Assembly: GCF_000400465.1 (NCBI RefSeq)
Contig: NW_008806291.1
Span: forward strand, 30,001 to 62,000
Origin: Wallemia ichthyophaga EXF-994
Lineage: Eukaryota > Fungi > Basidiomycota
DNA length: 32,000 nt
Direction of reading: 5' to 3'
Shown one piece after another: positions 30,401-32,000 of the stretch. The first letter of the stretch is position 1; each line of letters begins with the position of its first letter. The notes under the pieces are model-generated. The model worked only from the letters and a program-made list of their open reading frames with translations, did not search any database and was not told the origin of the DNA. Both the position numbers and the translations under genes were made by a program.

Positions 30401-31994
30401 GAGTCAATTTCACCCAGCTCAACACGCCTTCCGTTCAGCTTGACTTGCTCCAATCCCATACGACCAAGGTACTCAACGTTGTTCCACTGATTCTTCTCGT
30501 CTAGCACAACGCGAGCCTTGTCGCCTGTTCTATACAGCCTGCCGAGACCTTGAACATTAATAAAAGCCTTTTCTGTCTGTTCGGCCATTTTTAAGTATCC
30601 TTTCGCCAGCTGAGGTCCGCCAATAGCGAGCTCGCCCGAGAATCCCATTGGCATGACCTTGTTGAGGGTTGGGTGAAGAATGAGCAGAGAAGCTGTATCA
30701 ATTGGAGGACCTAGCTTTGCACCTGACTGTTCGGATGGATGTTTACGGAGGGTTACGTTGATCGCTGCTTCGGTCGGTCCGTATGCGTTGTACAGCGAGT
30801 TGCCGGGGCGGGTGAAGTTGCTAATCACCCTATCTGACAGCTTCTCACCCATGGTCCACAGCTCAAACCCGTCCGGCAGTTTGTCTGGGTTGAAAAGGCC
30901 AGCAATTGAAGGTGTGGCCATCATGTGTGTGCAACGGAGCTTTGACACGACTAACTCGGGGTTGGTGAGAAATTCTGCGCGCGGAGAAGCACATATAGTG
31001 CTTCCAGAGCTGAGAGACATGAAAGTCTCCATGATGGACTGCATTGTGTCAGAGTTGCGGGTGTGTTGATATCAATAGTGAGACTTACAGGATCGAACGT
31101 CGACGGAGCGAATTGGAACCATCTTACCTTATTGTCGAGTGGCCTGACGGCTAAGTGAGATTGTATCGATGCTGCTGCTGCTGAATGCTGTATTTGGACA
31201 CCTTTAGGTTTGCCTGTTGAGCCAGAAGTGAAGAGAACGTATGCAACGTCGTCTGGGGTCGCTTGTTGGGGTGCGTCGACAGCCAAACACTCTCTACTCA
31301 AGTACTCGACCATAAAAGCAGAGACATCGATGTATTGGGTGTCTCGCTTAATCCAAGCATCACGCTCACCCAAGCCGAGTACGACGGATGCATCCAAATC
31401 ATCTAGTAATCCAAGCTGCCTTTCTACAGGCGCTTGTAGATCGAATGGGCTGAATGCATTGGCTGATTTCAGTGCAGCCAAGTACCCAATGTATAGTTCC
31501 AGCGAAGGTGGGAGAAGGAGAGGAACAACAGCACGGGTGCAAGGTATTTGCACAGCCAAAGCACTTGATAAGCTGTCTAGCTGAGCGTAGGTGAGTGTAG
31601 ATCCGTTGAAATCCACAGCGACGCAATCTGCGTGCATCTTGGATTGAGTGATGAAATCTGAGTGAAGTAATTTATCAATCGGAGGTTTGCTTGGTGGGTG
31701 ATTGAGTTTTGAAAGCGGGAGATCATCGTCGTTGTTGATAAAGAAGCGTTTGAGGGTGTGAGCGAGTTCTTGGCTGATACGATGCTTCATGGTAACATGG
31801 CCGTTGTTGATTGTGATGCGGAATAGATAGTCATCGCAGCTCGACTCGTAATCCTCATGCAGCTGGAAATCTTGGTGGGTGAATGGGGACACCTCGACGC
31901 TGCCATCGGCGCAAGAGATTGTACTGCCGTTGTGCTCGTAAGTAAATTCATCATCGCACAGGAATTCTTTCAGTAATGTTTGAAATCTTTCCAT
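18411..31994 (-). CDS. sidC: Ferrichrome-type siderophore NRPS (SidC-like), architecture A-T-C-A-T-C-dA-T-C-T-C-T-C; 4339 aa if ATG 31994 is the start; introns 31039-31088, 29293-29342, 28095-28138, 26574-26618, 25191-25236, 24417-24462, 22389-22434, 22036-22079, 21079-21130, 20615-20661, 18692-18741, 18561-18604
   Basis: A1 has FTSGSTGKPKG/YGPTE/YRTGD/GKADR. A2 has WTSGTTGAPKG/YGPAE/YLTGD/NKIDR. Five G-[IVL]-D-S T motifs (Ser codons 29980-82, 26619-21, 23386-88, 21721-23, 19999-20001) and five HHxxxD C motifs. Terminal T-C-T-C repeats are typical of ferrichrome synthetases. Twelve canonical introns give 13020 nt in one frame. The 5' end is only 6 nt from the window edge. Confidence 0.92.
23560..25040 (-). 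other. Degenerate adenylation domain (dA3) within the NRPS
   Basis: Full-length A-domain scaffold is still recognisable (LSFKELDSQSNRVS, TFDLHILE, THAFLT). The P-loop is replaced by RAAITIANGQLDMHDY, YGPTE is replaced by LAIPHA, TGD is replaced by YIRSGL, and the A10 catalytic Lys is His (NGHTNEK, 23590-23592). Confidence 0.9.
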
Positions 31995-32000
31995 TTTTTT

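Noticed and set aside
18411-31994. Fragmented NRPS ORFs as a frameshifted pseudogene
   Set aside because: Every break is bridged by a 44-52 nt GT..AG intron, and the spliced CDS is a single 13020-nt frame with intact active sites.

Overview
Eukaryotic DNA from a fungus with a very compact genome. Most introns are 43-61 nt GT-AG and most intergenic gaps are 40-140 nt. This is consistent with a Wallemia-like basidiomycete, but the organism cannot be confirmed from sequence alone. Manual intron reconstruction gives 13 genes: 3' part of DNA polymerase alpha (POL1), a small cupin, an ACS-family MFS permease, a DHA1-family MFS exporter, DPH2, RNase P/MRP subunit RPP1, a hidden 95-aa acidic Gly-rich protein, an HP1/Swi6-like chromo + chromo-shadow protein with an AT-hook, a She10/Osw7-like membrane protein ending in HEEL, ALG14, FKBP12, a HEN1-like small-RNA 2'-O-methyltransferase, and a 13.6-kb ferrichrome-type (SidC-like) NRPS (12 introns, 4339 aa if ATG 31994 is the start). 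The main observation is the NRPS architecture A-T-C-A-T-C-dA-T-C-T-C-T-C. The third A domain, which in SidC-type enzymes activates the iron-chelating N5-acyl-N5-hydroxyornithine, has lost its catalytic motifs. Both intact A domains have pockets suited to small amino acids, and all five T and five C domains are intact. No rRNA, tRNA, CRISPR array or mobile element was seen.
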